Below are positions 54,124 through 56,600 of a stretch of 56,600 bases of DNA, piece after piece. The DNA is from Candidatus Nomurabacteria bacterium (GTDB lineage Bacteria > Patescibacteriota > Minisyncoccia > Phycocordibacterales > UBA9973). The stretch lies in contig JAPLXV010000003.1 in assembly GCA_026395895.1 (NCBI GenBank), forward strand, positions 1-56,600, read 5' to 3'. Positions within the stretch are counted from its first letter, which is position 1. The number at the start of each line of letters is the position of its first letter. Under the pieces are notes generated by a model that made no database searches, was not told the DNA's origin, and was given only the letters and a program-made list of their open reading frames with translations. A program made the position numbers and the translations under genes.

Positions 54124-54690
54124 TTACATATTTTCTCTCAATTTAACAGCAAACATCCACAAATTTTGAACTTCTCGTGAAAGTCTATCTAGGCTTAGGC
54201 GTAATTCCTTACTTTTTTCTTCCATTTTTTTGTTCTCCATTTCAATTGGTAATTTTCTCCCACTTTCTTGGCAAGAAGCAGAAAAAATCTTTGCTCCAGA
54301 TATAAGTTTTTCTACATTCTGAGAATCTTCTGCCATTCGATTACCGACTGGTTGAAATTTCATATCATTAAACAATCGACTAAGTTTATTTATATTTTCA
54401 TTTATTTTTTCAATAGATTCTATATTAAATTTTTCTTCAAAATTTTTTATGTTTTTAATATGACTAACCATTCCCTGGAATTGCTCATTGTTTTGTAACG
54501 GCGTCAATCGATTCTGTTGTCGTTCATACAAAGCATCAATCATTATTTTTGATTGAGTTGAAAAATCTTCAATGATTTGTCTCAAATTACTCTCAAACCT
54601 TTTAGTATCTTCGGATTCCTCGTTCGTTTGACTAGAGTCTTTGTCTCTAATATTTACTGGTGGCTTTTTAAATGGGTTATTATCTTCCAT
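54124..54690 (-). CDS. Hypothetical coiled-coil protein
   Basis: 188 aa, charged and helical in composition. I recognise no family. Confidence 0.55.
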   Translation of the reverse strand: MEDNNPFKKPPVNIRDKDSSQTNEESEDTKRFESNLRQIIEDFSTQSKIMIDALYERQQNRLTPLQNNEQFQGMVSHIKNIKNFEEKFNIESIEKINENINKLSRLFNDMKFQPVGNRMAEDSQNVEKLISGAKIFSASCQESGRKLPIEMENKKMEEKSKELRLSLDRLSREVQNLWMFAVKLRENM

Positions 54691-54883
54691 ATAGATATAT
54701 TAACATGAAATTAATATTTTTTAAATAGCCTCTCAGGCCATGAGTTTTTTATATATTTTTTCATTCTCCATTTTCTACCTTTTCCTTTATTTATATTTTT
54801 ATAAAAAGGTCTAAAATTAATTTATTTTTTAAAATATAGATATTTGATTTTTAAATAATATATGCTAATCTAGAAGATAGCAA

Positions 54884-54956
54884 GCCGGCATAGCTCAGTT
54901 GGTAGAGCATTCGCTTTGTAAGCGAAATGTCCGGGGTTCGATCCCTCGTGCCGGCT
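54884..54956 (+). tRNA. tRNA-Thr (anticodon TGT)
   Basis: GCCGGCA/TGCCGGC acceptor, GCTC-AGTTGGTA-GAGC D arm, TTCGC-TTTGTAA-GCGAA anticodon arm, CGGGG-TTCGATC-CCTCG T arm. Confidence 0.92.
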
Positions 54957-54962
54957 CAATTA

Positions 54963-55376
54963 TTATTCTATCCCTTCTTCTTCTTTTATTCTATGTTTCA
55001 TCTGCCTAATTTTTTCTCGATATTCTGAAATTGTCTTTAAATATTTAGAAACTTCTTTTTTCTCCACTATTTCTTCCGGCACATTTTTTCTTAATTTTTT
55101 TAGTGTGTTTTTAATTTTTTCTATAAAAATTACACTTTGGGTTTTTAGAAAATTTGAAGATCTGATAAAAAATCTTAAAGTGGTAAAAACCGCGATGTAT
55201 CCAAATTTTTTGCCGTTTTTAAAGGTTAAATGTTTTATTTTTTGCAAGTCAGGTACAAAAGGATGCGAATGTCTGGTTGCAATAACCTGGCCGTTTCTAA
55301 CTAATACCAACTCGCGCCATATCATTATGATAATGCCGGCCAGAGATATTAAGAAAAAAAATAAGGGTAGATACAT
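54963..55376 (-). CDS. Membrane-anchored hypothetical protein
   Basis: 137 aa with N-terminal TM YLPLFFFLISLAGIIIMIW. Confidence 0.55.
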   Translation of the reverse strand: MYLPLFFFLISLAGIIIMIWRELVLVRNGQVIATRHSHPFVPDLQKIKHLTFKNGKKFGYIAVFTTLRFFIRSSNFLKTQSVIFIEKIKNTLKKLRKNVPEEIVEKKEVSKYLKTISEYREKIRQMKHRIKEEEGIE

Positions 55377-55383
55377 GATAATT

Positions 55384-56163
55384 TTAAATAGAATAACGTT
55401 TTACTTCTTTTATTTTTGCTTTATTTTTTTCAAGAAGTTGGCCAATTGTTTCATCTCCGTTTTTTATAAATACCTGATCCAGTAGGGTTTTTTCTTTGAA
55501 ATAGGTGTTTATTTTACCTTCCAACATTTTTTTCTTGATTTCTTCTGGTTTATTTACTTCAGCAATTTCTTTTTCAAAAATTTCTCGCATGGTATTTTTT
55601 ATTTCTGTAGTTATTTCATCTCTAGAAAGATATTCTGGTTTCATAGCGGTGATGTGCATAGCAATGTCTTTAGCTAATTCTTCATTGCCACCTTCCAAGG
55701 AAACAATTACTCCAATTTTATTATTGTGTACATAATTTCCCAAAACATTTCCTTTTACTTCAGATACCTCTCCCAATTCTATTTTTTCTCCGGTTTTTTG
55801 AATTATTGGATCAATTAAATCTTTTGCTTCTTCTTTCATTTTTTCTACTCCATCCTTGAAAACTTTTTCTGTTAGTTTTGAAATTAAATTTACAAAATCT
55901 TCATTTTTAGAAACAAAATCAGTTTCACAATGAAGGGCAACTAACACAGATTTTTTACCGTCAGTTTTTATACAAACTCTTCCATCTTTGGCATCACGAC
56001 CTGCTTTTTTTAATGCAATATCAGAACTTGTTTTTTTTAAGATAGCTAAAGCTTTTTCCATATTGCCCTCAGCTTCTTCCAAAGCATTTTTACATTGCAT
56101 TACAGAGATGCCTGTTGCATCTCTAAGTTCTTTTATCAACTCAGTAGTTACATCTTTAGACAT
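55384..56163 (-). CDS. tsf: Translation elongation factor Ts
   Basis: MSKDVTTELIKELRDATGISVMQCKNALEEAEGNMEKALAILKK (UBA-like N-terminus). The internal ATG at 56163 is chosen because the track extension overlaps rpsB. Confidence 0.92.
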   Translation of the reverse strand: MSKDVTTELIKELRDATGISVMQCKNALEEAEGNMEKALAILKKTSSDIALKKAGRDAKDGRVCIKTDGKKSVLVALHCETDFVSKNEDFVNLISKLTEKVFKDGVEKMKEEAKDLIDPIIQKTGEKIELGEVSEVKGNVLGNYVHNNKIGVIVSLEGGNEELAKDIAMHITAMKPEYLSRDEITTEIKNTMREIFEKEIAEVNKPEEIKKKMLEGKINTYFKEKTLLDQVFIKNGDETIGQLLEKNKAKIKEVKRYSI

Positions 56164-56167
56164 AATA

Positions 56168-56600
56168 TTATTTAGTGGGCAGAGACATTTGGCCTCCCTT
56201 GTAAGCATTAGCAATAGAAGCAGTGAAAAGTTTGATGGAAGGAATTCCGGAATCATTGCCAACTATAGGGTAATCAATCCCTTTAATATTTGAATCAGAA
56301 TTTACTAAAGCAACGACAAGTACGCCAGATTTTCTAGCTTCAGTGGCAGCAATATGTTCTGCTTTTGCATCAACAACGAACAACGCATCAGGAGTTTTCT
56401 TCAAACCAATTAAACCACCGTAGTATTTGGTAAGTTTTTCCATTTTTTTAGCCATCATCACTCTTTCTTTCTTTGTGTATTTTTCAAGTCCACCTTCTGC
56501 AATATCTTTATTATATTTTTCAAGTTCAGCAATTCTTTTTTTTATTTCTGTGAAATTACTTAAGGTGCCTCCAATCCAACGAGTATCAACATAAGGCATA
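56168..56600 (-). CDS. rpsB: 30S ribosomal protein S2, N-terminus beyond window edge
   Basis: RWIGGTLSNF...LFVVDAKAEHIAATEARKSGVLVVALVNSDSN...IDYPIVGNDSGIPSIKL. Confidence 0.93.
   Translation of the reverse strand, partial: MPYVDTRWIGGTLSNFTEIKKRIAELEKYNKDIAEGGLEKYTKKERVMMAKKMEKLTKYYGGLIGLKKTPDALFVVDAKAEHIAATEARKSGVLVVALVNSDSNIKGIDYPIVGNDSGIPSIKLFTASIANAYKGGQMSLPTK

Overview
AT-rich, gene-dense bacterial window with streamlined housekeeping genes. By inference it fits Patescibacteria/CPR best: domain-reduced PheRS and ThrS, compact RpoB/RpoC, many 1-17 nt gene overlaps, standard code with TGA used as a stop. Core genes: ligA (5' partial), pheS/pheT, gyrB, thrS, rpmF, a nusB-Nudix fusion, rnc, an SMC-like ATPase, a D-Ala-D-Ala carboxypeptidase/CapA fusion, rnr, rpsP, a KH protein, trmD, rpoB, rpoC, dnaG, rpoD, tsf and rpsB (partial). 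There are two tRNAs, Ser-GGA and Thr-TGT. Accessory content: (1) a ~4.1 kb element integrated at the 3' end of tRNA-Ser. It carries a large serine recombinase, an XRE regulator and three unknown genes, and has three sites sharing a CCGCAA core (attL, an inverted internal attP-like site, attR). (2) A ~11.6 kb copper/thiol-redox island (about 40958-52605) with a CsoR-family repressor, CsoR-type operator promoters, CopA, HMA/YHS/TRASH-like proteins and DsbD-like permeases. It ends at an orphan tRNA 3' fragment. (3) Small blocks of unknown genes at 25247-27458 and 52636-54690. The most unusual signal is a set of short GC-rich palindromic modules in at least three sequence families. They sit in frame inside about ten conserved ORFs (ligA, pheT, gyrB, smc, rnr x3, trmD, rpoB, dnaG x2, the HMA permease x2), reminiscent of Rickettsia palindromic elements. 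Where boundaries can be set, lengths are multiples of three, and copies show compensatory stem changes. Also notable: a ~140 nt structured leader present twice, ending exactly at the ATG of rpoB and of a cupin gene, and an SMC-head protein whose hinge seems replaced by a CxxC zinc-hook-like apex. No CRISPR array, rRNA or transposase was seen.
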